DNA of 64,000 nt from a virus, in the IMG/VR virus record IMGVR_UViG_3300044712_000982, positions 21,373-85,372 of that record; one strand, written 5' to 3'. The notes beneath the pieces were generated by a model that did no database searches, was not told where the DNA came from, and saw only the letters and a program-made list of their open reading frames with translations. The first letter of the stretch is position 1; every line of letters starts with the position of its first letter. Made by a program: the position numbers and the translations under genes. This document shows positions 26,746 to 38,200 of the stretch, piece after piece.

Positions 26746-28530
26746 ATGTCTGGAGACAACATCATGGCTCTGCCTCCCGTCGAAAACCTGTTCGGCGGCG
26801 CACCGGATGCGCCGCGGCTGTCCCCCGCCGAGGTCGCGACCCGCTTCGACGAATTCCTCAGCAAGGTCGATTCCGCGCCGCAGCGGACGATCACCCGCGA
26901 GGAGGCGGCGGCGCTCGGATCCGGATCGTCGGTCAGCTTCGACGCGCCCGAGACGCCGTACGCGTCCCTGACGAAGGCGCTCGCTGCGCCCTCGATCGTC
27001 AAGTCGATGTCGGCCGAGTCGCTGGCCAGTGTCACGGCGACGCTGGAGCAGCTCAAGGCGCAGGTCCCGGATCTGGCGAAGGACATCAGTCTCACGTCGC
27101 CGGTGTCGACGGGTCTGGTCGCGTTCGACCTTGAGGCCCCGGCGAAGATGCTTACGCCCCGGCCGACGCCGCTGCGGAACCGGGTGATCCGGCGCAAGGG
27201 TGTCGGCACGTCGCACCGATTCAAGAAGATCACCGGGTTCACGGGTACCGGCACTGGTGGTGTCGGCGTGCTCCGTCCGGGCATCGCATCGACGACCCAG
27301 ACCAACTTCGCCGTATCCGGCTCCTCGAACGCCCTGTACTACAACCGTGGGCCGAAGATCTCCTACGCCGGTGAAGACGTCGTCGTCCCCTACATCCAGT
27401 TCGGCGTATCCGACGAGGTGACGTGGGCCGCGCAGTACTCCGGCCAGGGCTACCAGGACATTCGGCAGCTCTCCCGCACGTCGCTGCTCTACAGCTCGAT
27501 GCTGATGGAGGAGCGCGTTCTGCTCTACGGCCGCGGCACCGCCTCCGGGTTCGCGGGCGTCCTCGCCGCGCCGACCGGTGTTGCTGTCACCGCGCGGACC
27601 GCAGCGAGCAACGAGACCGCCCTCACCTCGGGCACCTACATCTATGTGCGGGTGTGCGCGGAGATGGGCGACTTCGGACTGTCGCAGGCGTCGGCGGTCG
27701 CCTACAACGCGAGCCCGACCACCACGGGCCAGGTCGTTGACGTCACGTACACCCTGCCGGCCGGTGCGACCGGCGCGCGGGTGTTCGTCACCTCCAACAC
27801 CTCCGCCTCCGACCCGGGCGATGCGTCGAAGTACCTGTACGCCACACGGTCCGGGTACAACACCACGGCGATCCACGGGACCCTGCCTACCTCCGCGAGC
27901 CCGGCCGTCACCGCATGGACCGACGCCCGCGGCGTGGCCATCAACCTCACCAGCGCCGACGGAGGCAGCGCCGACGCCAACGAGTACGACGGACTGTGGG
28001 CCTACTGCTCCGGCACCTCGGCCGGCTACACCAACACGCTCAACACGACCCTGTCGACCACATCACCCGGGTCCGAGTGGCAGACCGGCTTCGCATCGAT
28101 GTACGACAGCGTGAAGGCCGACCCGGACCGGATCATGATGTCCGGGCAGGACCGCAAGCAGCTCTCCGAGGCGATGCGGTCGGGCGGCTCCAACTCGGCG
28201 TACCGGCTGACCGTCCGGCAGGACGAACTGACCGGCGTCAGTCTCGGTGACGTCGTGACGACCATCTACAACGAGGTCACCGGCAAGGCCGTGGACATCG
28301 AGGTGCATCCGTGGCTGCCGCAGGGCAACAGCCTGATCGTGTCGGACACGCTGCCGATGCCCGACTCGCAGGTTTCTGAGGTCTTCGCCGTGTGGAACGT
28401 GCAGGACCTCATGGGCGTGGACTGGCCGGTGAACCAGTTCGCGTACGAGTCGTCGTCCTACTGGTACGGTACCGCGATCTGTTACGCCCCCGGATGGCTC
28501 GGCTCCATTTCCGGCATCAAGAAGTCCTGA
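26746..28530 (+). CDS. major capsid protein with large internal insertion
   Basis: Follows scaffold; PTPLRNR, LMEERVLLYG, IEVHPWLPQG; followed by a terminator. Confidence 0.8.
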   Translation: MSGDNIMALPPVENLFGGAPDAPRLSPAEVATRFDEFLSKVDSAPQRTITREEAAALGSGSSVSFDAPETPYASLTKALAAPSIVKSMSAESLASVTATLEQLKAQVPDLAKDISLTSPVSTGLVAFDLEAPAKMLTPRPTPLRNRVIRRKGVGTSHRFKKITGFTGTGTGGVGVLRPGIASTTQTNFAVSGSSNALYYNRGPKISYAGEDVVVPYIQFGVSDEVTWAAQYSGQGYQDIRQLSRTSLLYSSMLMEERVLLYGRGTASGFAGVLAAPTGVAVTARTAASNETALTSGTYIYVRVCAEMGDFGLSQASAVAYNASPTTTGQVVDVTYTLPAGATGARVFVTSNTSASDPGDASKYLYATRSGYNTTAIHGTLPTSASPAVTAWTDARGVAINLTSADGGSADANEYDGLWAYCSGTSAGYTNTLNTTLSTTSPGSEWQTGFASMYDSVKADPDRIMMSGQDRKQLSEAMRSGGSNSAYRLTVRQDELTGVSLGDVVTTIYNEVTGKAVDIEVHPWLPQGNSLIVSDTLPMPDSQVSEVFAVWNVQDLMGVDWPVNQFAYESSSYWYGTAICYAPGWLGSISGIKKS

Positions 28531-28545
28531 CGTCCGTCAATGTGT

Positions 28546-28569
28546 TGGGGGTGGCTTCGGCTGCCCCCA
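28546..28569 (+). terminator. hairpin after capsid gene
   Basis: TGGGGGTGGC-TTCG-GCTGCCCCCA. Confidence 0.5.
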
Positions 28570-28588
28570 GTACGCCGAAAGGGGCTCT

Positions 28589-28852
28589 ATGGCAACGCGC
28601 ATGTGCATGCCCGACAACGCCTGCCGTGGAATATCCGTCGAGGGCGCACAAACGGGCGGCACCACCCACTACAGCGGCCACATCGTTGACGTCGACAATC
28701 CGCGCCACGTCCGGGCGCTGCGATCCATGGGTGCGTTCGTGGCGTCCGCTACCGGCGCCCGCGCAACCGGCGGATACGCCTGCCTCAACTGCGGATTCCA
28801 GTCGTATTTCAAAGCGTGTTCCCGCTGCGGCGGCGAATGCGTCCCGGCCTGA
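28589..28852 (+). CDS. small Zn-ribbon protein
   Basis: CLNCGF..CSRCG. Confidence 0.6.
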   Translation: MATRMCMPDNACRGISVEGAQTGGTTHYSGHIVDVDNPRHVRALRSMGAFVASATGARATGGYACLNCGFQSYFKACSRCGGECVPA

Positions 28853-28866
28853 TTTGAGGGGGTGCC

Positions 28867-29748
28867 GTGCTCACATCACCATACGTGTCGGTCAAAGAGT
28901 TCCGCGCGGCGCCGACATTCCTCGATTCGGAGAATCTGCGGACCGGACAGTCCCCGGACTATCAGGACGCCGAACTGCTCAACGTGTTGCTGCGAGCCTC
29001 GGCGTGGGCCGACAATTTCGTCTCGGCCGGCGGGTTCGCAGCGCATACCCGCACAGACCAGCTTCGTGCCCGGTCGGACAGGTACGGGCGGCTACGACTC
29101 AACCCCGACCACATTCCCGTCGCCGCCGTCTCGTCGATCGCGTACGGCGCGACAATGAGCAACCTGACGACTCTCACCAGCCCGACTGTGTGGATCGAGG
29201 ACGAGCGACAGGTTGTTGCCGAACTGGCCGGGGTTTCAGCGTGGTCGGGTGCGCTGCAATTCGGCGCACCAATGTCCAGTGACCTATTTGTCCGCTGGAC
29301 ATACACAGCCGGATATGTGACAACGAATCTCGCGGCATCAACATCGGCTGGCGCAACGTCGATCACCGTCGCCGACGCGACTGGTATCACCGTCGACACG
29401 GTACTGCGACTGTGGAACCCGGGCAAAGAGGAAGCGGTCACCGTCGACGCGGCGTATGTCGCCGGGTCAACGACGGTCCCGCTCACTGCCGCAACGACGT
29501 ACGCCCATGCCGTCACGGCAGGCGCGGGCGGCGTCATCGGGGTTTCCGCGCTGCCCGCCGACGTCCACCAGGCCATCATCAACTACGCGGTGGCGCTGCT
29601 CATGCGGCCCGATACAACCGCCGAAGACCAATTTCCGTCAACCACGGTCACATCGACGACCCGCCGTGACGACCCGCGGCGTGACGACGCGGCCGGGCTG
29701 GTTACTGAGGCGAAACGGATCCTCCGCTCGTACCGTAAGGCCCGCTAG
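28867..29748 (+). CDS. head-to-tail adaptor
   Basis: Position; LLRASAWADNF, YTAGY, LPADVHQA. Confidence 0.65.
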   Translation: MLTSPYVSVKEFRAAPTFLDSENLRTGQSPDYQDAELLNVLLRASAWADNFVSAGGFAAHTRTDQLRARSDRYGRLRLNPDHIPVAAVSSIAYGATMSNLTTLTSPTVWIEDERQVVAELAGVSAWSGALQFGAPMSSDLFVRWTYTAGYVTTNLAASTSAGATSITVADATGITVDTVLRLWNPGKEEAVTVDAAYVAGSTTVPLTAATTYAHAVTAGAGGVIGVSALPADVHQAIINYAVALLMRPDTTAEDQFPSTTVTSTTRRDDPRRDDAAGLVTEAKRILRSYRKAR

Positions 29749-30278
29749 TGACAGCAGCATCGGTCCTCAACCAACTGTGCGTCTACTTCGGTGGCGCCTA
29801 CGACGACGACAGCCGCTCGTACCGTTCGCCGCAGGTCGACGGGCTCGGCGCGGTACGGCGCGCATTCTCGAAACGCGTCGACCACGTCGACTACGTACTC
29901 GACGACATTGCCGACAGTGGCGCGCTCATGGTGGTGCAACTATCGCACGGCGATGAGCGTCGGGTCGCGTTCGGTGGTGCCACATCCGGTGTGAAGCGGC
30001 GCCATTTTCAGGCTGACCTTCACGTCTTTGTCCGATCAACTGCCGCTTTCGCGGAGGACGCGCACGATTTCACGCTCGGGCTCCTCGACGGAATCATCGA
30101 GCGCGTGCATGCGGATCGGACATGCGGCTCTGGCGGGTTCGAAAACGGCGGGTTTCAGGTCGGCGAGGGCGACGCCCCCACGTTTGAGTGGGATTTGACG
30201 CCGGCCGAGACGGCTGCGGAGTTGACGAAACTGTACCTGCACATTGTCACTGACGTACTCGAATACGTGCAGGCTTAA
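29748..30278 (+). CDS. tail completion/terminator-like protein
   Basis: Position and size between adaptor and tail tube. Confidence 0.5.
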   Translation: MTAASVLNQLCVYFGGAYDDDSRSYRSPQVDGLGAVRRAFSKRVDHVDYVLDDIADSGALMVVQLSHGDERRVAFGGATSGVKRRHFQADLHVFVRSTAAFAEDAHDFTLGLLDGIIERVHADRTCGSGGFENGGFQVGEGDAPTFEWDLTPAETAAELTKLYLHIVTDVLEYVQA

Positions 30279-30295
30279 ATCCTCGGGGAGAATCC

Positions 30296-30550
30296 ATGTC
30301 GCGCGCCAAACGTGCGCCGGTCGATGCTGCGCCACTGGCCGAGATTGCCGAAATGTCTGACCGTTTCGAGGGCGTTCCGCGCTGGAAATACGTCGGTACA
30401 GAGCGGCGGATCTATACGAATGTGCCGGTCACGGTCGACCAGGGTGATGTGATGCCGCATGCAGAGATCCCCGCCGAGGATGGCTGCTGGGAATCTGCCA
30501 CCGGCGACTACAACCGACTGCCCGACAACTACACGATTCCGGGGGTGTGA
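30296..30550 (+). CDS. small hypothetical protein
   Basis: GGAG RBS, coupled to tail tube. Confidence 0.45.
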   Translation: MSRAKRAPVDAAPLAEIAEMSDRFEGVPRWKYVGTERRIYTNVPVTVDQGDVMPHAEIPAEDGCWESATGDYNRLPDNYTIPGV

Positions 30551-31575
30551 CCGTGCCGAACCCGACCACGTTCAGCAGCCAGAAGCAATTCATTGGCGTC
30601 GCGAAGGAAACGACACAGGGCACGGCCATACAGCCAACCCACACGATGCTTGTCGAAAAGTTTGAGCCCGAGGATCAGATCACGTGGCTCGATGACACGT
30701 CGTTGCGTGGGTCGATGCCGGAACTGTACGGGCGTGTCCTCGGACCACAGAAGGTCGAATGGTCGCTGTCTGGAAACTGGTATCCGGACACCTTCGGTTT
30801 CCTCGCGAACAACATTCTCGGGGATATCGCCACGACCGGGGCTTCGGCGCCGTATGCGCACGCCATGTCGACGCTCAACACTGGTACGTCGCAGCCCGGA
30901 TCGTTGACGATCACCGACTATCAGGGCACCCCGGCAACATACCCGGCCCGCACCTACGCCGGCTGCTGCCTGTCGGAGTTGACGATCAAGGGCAACGCAG
31001 AGTCGTCGCTGATTCAGGTTGAGGCGAAGGGTATCGGCTGGGGGCCGTCTGCGATTGCTGGTGCGACGCCGACGTCGTCTCCGTCGACGGAGGTGGCGTT
31101 TGCGGCGTGGCGAACGGCGCTTGGTATTGCCGGTGCCGCGTCGGGTGGGACGCAGGTCAAGACGGTGGGTGAGTGGGAGGTGGCGATCAAGCGGGATTTG
31201 CAGCCGATTTACACGGCGCAGAATTCGTCGTCGCCGTACTGGATTCACCGCGGCAAAATCGGCGTTTCGGGCAAGCTCAAGTTTGTGGTTGCGGCGGATG
31301 AGACTCCGTTGACGTACATGTTGAACAACACGCAGCCACGTGTCGAGTTGACGTTCAACAATGCGCTCGCGTCGTCGGCTTCCGGCTACCGCGCCATGAC
31401 GATGAACATGACGAATGCCGCGTTCAAGACGTCGAAGATCGACCGCGGTTCGTCGGCGGTCGGCTACGAGACCGAGTTCGACGCGATCGCGAACACGACC
31501 GACGCTGGCGCGTCGGCGGGATACTCCCCCATCAAAATCACACTCAACAACGCCATCGCCGCATCAACCTACTAG
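30547..31575 (+). CDS. major tail tube protein
   Basis: FIGVAKETTQG start, S/T-rich beta protein of 342 aa upstream of chaperone and tape measure. Confidence 0.8.
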   Translation: MTVPNPTTFSSQKQFIGVAKETTQGTAIQPTHTMLVEKFEPEDQITWLDDTSLRGSMPELYGRVLGPQKVEWSLSGNWYPDTFGFLANNILGDIATTGASAPYAHAMSTLNTGTSQPGSLTITDYQGTPATYPARTYAGCCLSELTIKGNAESSLIQVEAKGIGWGPSAIAGATPTSSPSTEVAFAAWRTALGIAGAASGGTQVKTVGEWEVAIKRDLQPIYTAQNSSSPYWIHRGKIGVSGKLKFVVAADETPLTYMLNNTQPRVELTFNNALASSASGYRAMTMNMTNAAFKTSKIDRGSSAVGYETEFDAIANTTDAGASAGYSPIKITLNNAIAASTY

Positions 31576-31596
31576 TCGCACAGCACGGAGCAGCCA

Positions 31597-31974
31597 ATGA
31601 GCACTGAAGGCACCATCGTCCGCCGCATCGACCTGCCGTCGGGTGGGTGGGTCGAGTTCCGCGACCCCAGCTCGATCCGCGCGAAGCACAAGCGGAAGGT
31701 CATGCGTGGTATCGACAACCCGGAGAAGCAGGCGGCGGCGGCTCTCGATCTGACTGAGGGTATCGCAGCGATGTTCATCGAACGCTGGGACATTCCGGAA
31801 CTGCCGAATCTGCCGCTGCCGATCGACGACCTGAACGTGTTCGATCTGCTCACCGTGGCCGACTACGACGCGATCGTCGACGCGGCACGTCCGGCAATCG
31901 TCCTGTTCTTCCCGACGTCCACGCCCGACGATGCGGGAACACCGGGGACCCCTACGCTGCCCGCCAGCGGCTGA
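31597..31974 (+). CDS. tail assembly chaperone
   Basis: Position; about 125 aa; overlapping -1 frame ORF follows. Confidence 0.7.
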   Translation: MSTEGTIVRRIDLPSGGWVEFRDPSSIRAKHKRKVMRGIDNPEKQAAAALDLTEGIAAMFIERWDIPELPNLPLPIDDLNVFDLLTVADYDAIVDAARPAIVLFFPTSTPDDAGTPGTPTLPASG

Positions 31975-32198
31975 GGGCACAGCTCACTGGCGGGGATGTT
32001 CGTTTGCCGGTCTCCGGTGAGGAGCGGTGGATGGATGAGGCGGCCTACTATCACGGGTTCGCGAAAGAATACGGCTGGACCCCGGATCAGGTCGATAATG
32101 CCCCGGCGCTGCTGGTTGACCGGATGATGATTGTCGCCCATACGTGCCACGAGATTGAGGCCGAGCGAAACAAGCCGTCACTCATTCAGGGGCGCTAA
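31944..32198 (+). CDS. tail assembly chaperone extension (probable -1 frameshift product)
   Basis: -1 frame open: GDPYAARQRL...YGWTPDQVDN. Confidence 0.55.
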   Translation, partial: GDPYAARQRLRAQLTGGDVRLPVSGEERWMDEAAYYHGFAKEYGWTPDQVDNAPALLVDRMMIVAHTCHEIEAERNKPSLIQGR

Positions 32199-32629
32199 TG
32201 GGTTCGGTGAAGAACCTCCGCGAAGTGAACGCGGGGCTCAACAAGCTGCGCCGCAAGGGCGACCGGGCGGCCCGCAAGTCCGGGAAGAACATTGCCGGCG
32301 ATGTGCAGCTCGTCGCGCGGGCGCTGTTGACGTCGCGGTCGCATCCGCGGGGCACGAAAACGCCGTCACCGCCGTGGACGCCACCAGCGATGATTTCCGG
32401 GGATTTGGCGCGGTCGGTGTTGGTGGTTGGCCCGACCGGTGGCGCTGAGGGCTATGTGCATCACAAGGTCGGGCCGACTGGCGTGCAGGGCCGCATCCAA
32501 GAGTTGGGTGGCGTGACCGGCGCCGGATATCGCACGAAACTGCCGCCCCGGCCCTATTTGCTGCCGGCGTGGCGTCAGGTCAAGCAGTGGGTTCCGCGGA
32601 TCGTCGAGGACGCCTGGCGGTCGAGTTGA
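32198..32629 (+). CDS. HK97 gp10-like neck/tail completion protein
   Basis: SGDLARSV, QELGG, LPPRPYLLPA. Confidence 0.65.
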   Translation: MGSVKNLREVNAGLNKLRRKGDRAARKSGKNIAGDVQLVARALLTSRSHPRGTKTPSPPWTPPAMISGDLARSVLVVGPTGGAEGYVHHKVGPTGVQGRIQELGGVTGAGYRTKLPPRPYLLPAWRQVKQWVPRIVEDAWRSS

Positions 32630-32641
32630 TGGGGGTGCGTC

Positions 32642-35260
32642 GTGCCTGAATTCTTGCCCCCCGCAGTGCTGGAAATCATGTCGAAGTTCGACGATACCGG
32701 TATCGCAAAGGCGATGGCGGCGATGAAAGAACTCGACGCGATGAAAGCGACCGCGAAAGTCAAAATTGACGTCGAGGGCCGCGCTGAATTGACCGCCCTG
32801 AAGGCGCAGATCGCGACCCTGCGCGACAAGAGCGTCAAAATCAAGGTCAATACTGAGCGATCCGGCGTTGATGGCGGCGCTGGCATGCCGTCGATTCCGG
32901 GCGGCGACTCTGGCGCTGCGCAGATCGAGCAGATCGGGTCGTCCGCAGCCAGCGCCGGTAGCCGCATGAGCGTCATGTATTACGCGCTCGCCGCGGTCGC
33001 TGGTGTCCTGCCGATGATCGGTCCGCTGGCAGCAGTCGCGGCGGCGGGGGTTGTGGCGCTCGGTTCGGCTGCCGCCGCAGCCGGTGCCGGTTTGGGCACG
33101 ATGCTCCTCGGGTTCACCGGCCCGGTAAAGGCCGTGCAGCTCATGGGGCAGGCGTCGAAGGCGGCGGCCGGGTCGTCGTCGGACGCCACGTCGAAAATGT
33201 ATCGACAGGCATCTGCGGCTGAGGCGTTGGCGGCGTCAGAGCGGTCCCTGGTCAGTGTGCAGCGCGACGCGGCGCGGGTGCAGGACGATTTGACGGCGGC
33301 GCGGGAGGCGGCACGCCGGTCGATCGAGGACATGAATCTCGATTTGGCCGACGGCGACCGCGCCCAGCGACAAGCATCGCTGAACGTCCGTAAAGCGTTG
33401 GAGGAGGTCAGGCGGGTCCGCGGTGATTCCTCGGCGAGCCGCACCGAGCGGGAGCAGTCGAGGCTCACCTATGAGCAGGCGCAGGCTGACCTGTCGAGGC
33501 TCGGCGTCACCCAGGGGCGACTCGCGACGGATACGGCTGACGCGAACCGCCGCGGGGTCGAGGGTTCCGACCAGGTCCGCACTGCGCAGGAACGCATTCT
33601 CGACACTCAGGATCGGCTGATCGCGGCGACGGTAGCGGTTGCCGCCGCGCATCGGCAGGTTGAGCAGGCTGCGATCGAGACTGGCGCCGCGGGTTCGGCG
33701 GCGATGAATCAACTGGGTGATGCGCTGGCGAAACTGTCGCCCGAAGGCCGCCGGTTCGCGTATTTCCTGCGGGGTCTGATTGATGGGCCGCTGGCGGAGT
33801 TGCAGCGCACGGCGGAGGCTGGGCTGCTGCCGGGTGTGCAGCGCGGTGTTGAGTCGCTGTTGCCGTATTTCCCGCAGTTGAATGAGTTTGTTGGGAAGCT
33901 CGCGAAGGTCCTCGGTGACTTGTTTGAGGCGGGTTTGAAGGCGCTCGCGAATCCCGAGTGGCGGGCGTTTTTCAAGTACATGGGTGATACTGCCGGGCCA
34001 GCGTTGACTGGTATCGCCAAGATTTTGGGGAATGTCGCGGAAGGTTTCGCGTCGCTGATTGTCGCGTTCGCGCCGACAACGAAGCAGATGGGTGAGGGCC
34101 TTGTCGGGTTGACGCGGAAGTTCGCGGACTGGGCCGCCGGATTGTCGAAGTCGGAGTCGTTCAACAAGTTCATCGACTACGTGAAAGAGAATGGTCCGAA
34201 ACTGGTTGAGATTGTCGGCAATCTGGTCACCGGCTTCATCAACTTCATGAAGAACACGTCCGGCAGCGGCAGCAAGATGCTCGATTTCGTGGTGGCGTTG
34301 ACGCGGCTGATGGACACGTTCAGCCAGTCGCCGATCGGCGCGAAAATCATGTACGGGTCGCTTGACACGATCCTGCCTATCCTCACTGCGCTCATCAACG
34401 GCTTGAATTCGCTGCTTCAGGCCGGTTCGGGCATGTGGGAAACGCTGCGTGGTGCGGGTCAGGCGGCGTGGGGCATCCTGTCGCCGATTTTCGAGGGCAT
34501 CAAGAATGCGGCGTTGATGGTCGGCGGCGCGTTCGTGACACTGTGGACGACGTTCATCAAGCCGCTATGGGACAACACGATGGTGATTTTCCAGGTCGGG
34601 TGGACGTTCCTGCAAATCATCTTCGGCCTGTGGACGATGGCGTTCAACGCGATCGGGCAAGTGTTCCGGGCACTGTACGACAATTTTATTGCACCGATTT
34701 GGAACAATTTCATTAAGCCGATCTTCCAGGCGATCGGGACGTTCCTCTTTGACAATGTTGTGCCGCGCGTGCGGAGCGCAGTCGACACGATCGGGCGGAT
34801 CTGGCACGGCATCATCGACCTGCTCCGGACCCCGCTGCGTGTCGCCGTGAACTTCATCAACGACAACCTCATCGAGGGCTACAACAAACTCGCCCGTAAA
34901 GTCGGCGGACCGAAAATCGACCCGATCAACATTCGCGGCTTCGCGACCGGTGGTGTCGTGCCCGGTGTTGACCGCGGCTACGACTCGGTGCTGGCAATGC
35001 TCCGCCCGCAGGAGGGCATCCTCATTCCGGAGGCAACCCGCGCGTTGGGTGGTGCTGCCGGTATCGGTGCGATCAACGCCGCAGCCCGGTCAGGGAGTCT
35101 CGGCCCGCAGCTGTTTGGGCCGGTCGGGAATGGCGCACCGTCGTCGATCATTGTTGAGAACCATGTTCATTTGATGCTGGATGGGCAAGAGCTTGTCGGC
35201 GGGTTGACGGTGTCGGCGCAGCAAACCAAATTCCGGTCCGGCGTTTCGGGGATGAGCTGA
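32642..35260 (+). CDS. tape measure protein
   Basis: Long Ala/Gly helical protein, W/F-periodic C-terminal repeats, [18 protein letters not shown]. Confidence 0.9.
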   Translation: MPEFLPPAVLEIMSKFDDTGIAKAMAAMKELDAMKATAKVKIDVEGRAELTALKAQIATLRDKSVKIKVNTERSGVDGGAGMPSIPGGDSGAAQIEQIGSSAASAGSRMSVMYYALAAVAGVLPMIGPLAAVAAAGVVALGSAAAAAGAGLGTMLLGFTGPVKAVQLMGQASKAAAGSSSDATSKMYRQASAAEALAASERSLVSVQRDAARVQDDLTAAREAARRSIEDMNLDLADGDRAQRQASLNVRKALEEVRRVRGDSSASRTEREQSRLTYEQAQADLSRLGVTQGRLATDTADANRRGVEGSDQVRTAQERILDTQDRLIAATVAVAAAHRQVEQAAIETGAAGSAAMNQLGDALAKLSPEGRRFAYFLRGLIDGPLAELQRTAEAGLLPGVQRGVESLLPYFPQLNEFVGKLAKVLGDLFEAGLKALANPEWRAFFKYMGDTAGPALTGIAKILGNVAEGFASLIVAFAPTTKQMGEGLVGLTRKFADWAAGLSKSESFNKFIDYVKENGPKLVEIVGNLVTGFINFMKNTSGSGSKMLDFVVALTRLMDTFSQSPIGAKIMYGSLDTILPILTALINGLNSLLQAGSGMWETLRGAGQAAWGILSPIFEGIKNAALMVGGAFVTLWTTFIKPLWDNTMVIFQVGWTFLQIIFGLWTMAFNAIGQVFRALYDNFIAPIWNNFIKPIFQAIGTFLFDNVVPRVRSAVDTIGRIWHGIIDLLRTPLRVAVNFINDNLIEGYNKLARKVGGPKIDPINIRGFATGGVVPGVDRGYDSVLAMLRPQEGILIPEATRALGGAAGIGAINAAARSGSLGPQLFGPVGNGAPSSIIVENHVHLMLDGQELVGGLTVSAQQTKFRSGVSGMS

Positions 35261-38200
35261 TGGCATACACTGAAGTCACTGTTGTCGGTACGTATCTCGG
35301 GCCGGACGGGACGCCCCTTGAGGGTGCGCAGGTACGGTTCTCGCCGAACGTCCCGACGCTCAAAGACTCCGACGGCAACACGGTCATTGTGCGTGGTGAG
35401 GGCATTGTCGTCACGCTCGACGCGACCGGCAGCTTCAGCCAAGCATTGGCGGCCACAGATGACGCGAACCTCACACCGGCCGGATGGTCGTGGAAGGTTC
35501 GTGAATTCTTCGAACCGAACCGGTCCTGGTTTTTGGCGGTCCCGGCCGCGACCGTCGGCGATCTGAACATCGCGGACGTCGCGCAGTATGAGGTCGCACC
35601 GGACCTGATTACCTATCCGTCGCGCACCGACTTCGACACGCACGTGGCGAAGACCGCCAATGTTCACGGCATTACCGACGCCACTGTCCTCGAAACCCAG
35701 GCCGGGGCACAAAGCAAAGTCAACACGCACGCCGCTGTCACGACCGGCGCGCACGGCATCCCCGACCCGACCACGCTCGTAGTCACATCGGACGCCCGGC
35801 TCACGGACGCACGCCCCCCGACCGCCCACGCAGGCAACCATGCGACGGCAGGTGGCGATCCGCTCACCCCGACCGCGATCGGCGCCGCATCGGCATCACA
35901 CACGCACCTCGCCGCAGACGTCACGGATCTCGGGCTCGCCGCGCACGTCGCAGCCACCACGTCGGTGCACGGCATCCCCGACACGTCGGCGCTCGAAACC
36001 ACGACCGGTAGCGCCGCTAAGGTCTCGTCCCATGCGGCGGCGTCGGATCCGCACGGGGATCGGGCGGCGGCATCGGCTGCACTGTCGGCCCACACGTCGG
36101 CGACCACCTCGGTCCACGGAATCGCCGACACCTCGGCGCTCGAAACGACGACGGGCGCCGCAGCCAAGGTCTCCGCGCATGCTGTCGCCGCGGATCCCCA
36201 CGGGGACCGTTCGTACGCCGACGGCGCAGCATCGTCGGCGGTTTCGGCGCATGCCGCTGCGACCGACCCCCACGGCGATAGGTCCTTTGCGACGTCCGGG
36301 ATTTCGGCGCACGTCTCCGCGGCCGATCCGCATTCGGACCGCTCGTACGCCGACGGGATTCTCTCAACCCACGCTGCCGACACCACCTCCGTCCATGGGA
36401 TCGCGGATACTGCCGCGCTGGAGACCGCGGCCGGGGCGGCGTCCAAGGTTTCGACGCACACCGTTGCGTCCGATCCGCACGGGGACCGCGCCTACACGGA
36501 TGGCCAGCTCTCGACGCACGCCAGCGATACGACGAGCGTGCACGGGATCGTCGATACGTCGCTGCTCGAAACATCGGCTGGCGCAACGGCGAAGGTGTCC
36601 GGGCATGCTGGCGCGAGTGATCCACACGGAGACCGTAGTTACGCCGACGGAATTGTGTCGACCCATGCCACCGACACGACGTCCGTCCATGGAATCACCG
36701 ATACGTCCGCACTTCAGACGACCTCGGCGTGCACTGCGGCGATCAGCAACCATGCGGTCGCATCCGATCCGCACGGGGATCGCGCGTATACGGACGCGCA
36801 GGTAACCACTCGGGTGCCGACGTCCCGGACCATCTCGCCGGGCACGGGCCTCACGGGTGGTGGCGCGCTCGGATCGAACATCACGATCTCCGCAGACGTC
36901 GGCACCACTCCGGGGACGCTGGCCGACGGCGCTGCCCCCGGAGCCGCGCTGGCGTCCGCCAATGCCTATACCGACCAGACCTACGTCAGCGTAGATCCCA
37001 GGCTCGATGAGCTAGAGGCGATCGCGGCCGGGCTGGGCGGCGCTGCCGTACTCGGTGTCGGTACTACGGCGGGGACGGTTGCGGCCGGCGACGACTCGCG
37101 GATCACCGGGGCCGCTCAGAAGGCCAGCAATCTTTCGGATCTAGCGTCTGCTGCTACCGCCCGGACGAACCTCGGGTTGGGTGGTGCTGCGACCCTCAGC
37201 GTCGGCACAACTGCAGGCACGGTCGCGGCCGGCAATGACTCGCGCCTCTCGGACTCGCGGACGCCAACCGCGCACGCTGGCACGCACGCCGCGGGGCAGG
37301 CGGACGTCGTCACGCCCGCGGCGATCGGCGCGCAGCCGGCCGATGCGACGCTGACGGCGCTGGCCGGGCTGGACGCTACGGCTGGCCTGATCACACAGAC
37401 CGCAGCCGATACCTTCGTACGGCGGTCGATCGCCGCAGCCAACACCATGGTGACGGTCACGAATCCGGCTGGTACGGCCGGCAATCCGACGATCGGGGTC
37501 ACGCCAGCGAATTTCACGGGCATCCCACAGTCGGCAGTCACGAACCTGACGACGGATCTCGGCAACAAGCAGGCCGCCGATGCCGACCTGACAGCGATCG
37601 CCGGTCTGACTCCAGCCGATAACGACCTGGTCCAGCGGAAATCCGGGGCATGGACGAATCGCACCCCTGCGCAGGTTAAGGTGGACTTGTCGCTCGCAAA
37701 GGCTGATGTCGGCCTCGGGGGCGTCGACAACACCAGCGACGTGAATAAGCCGATCTCGACAGCCACCCAGACGGCGCTGGACGGCAAAGCGCAAGAAGCA
37801 GAGTTTTTCGCCGACTTCCCAAATGGCGTAGGCGACCAAAAAGTGGACGTTTACTTCACGGCCCCAAACTCATTCGGCGGATTTATAGACGTCGCCATCG
37901 CGGGAATGTACGGGAACGTGAACGCCTACGGCAAGCTGGCCGCCACATATGCGGCAATGATATCCGCGCCCAGCACGATTAACTCTACGTCGCTGACCTA
38001 CATGGAGTCTGTGTCCAACCTAGCAACCCACTTTGCTTTGATGCCGCTGGCATGGGATGCGGTAAGCTCCCGCTTCAAAATCACAATTGCACATAGGACA
38101 TCACTGGGCAACAAGATTGGGATCACGGTCCGTTTCCGTGCCGCGCAGGCCGGATACAAGACCGCCATAGCCACAGTGGGCATTGGCTCCGTATACACCA

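Noticed and set aside
25476-27876. Very long antisense ORFs (609 aa, 415 aa and many similar across the window)
   Set aside because: Shadow frames of high-GC3 genes; Arg/Ala/Pro-rich, no motifs or RBS
35640-36800. Periodic DNA repeats as a non-coding array
   Set aside because: Repeats diverge at synonymous positions and are explained by protein repeats of the fibre
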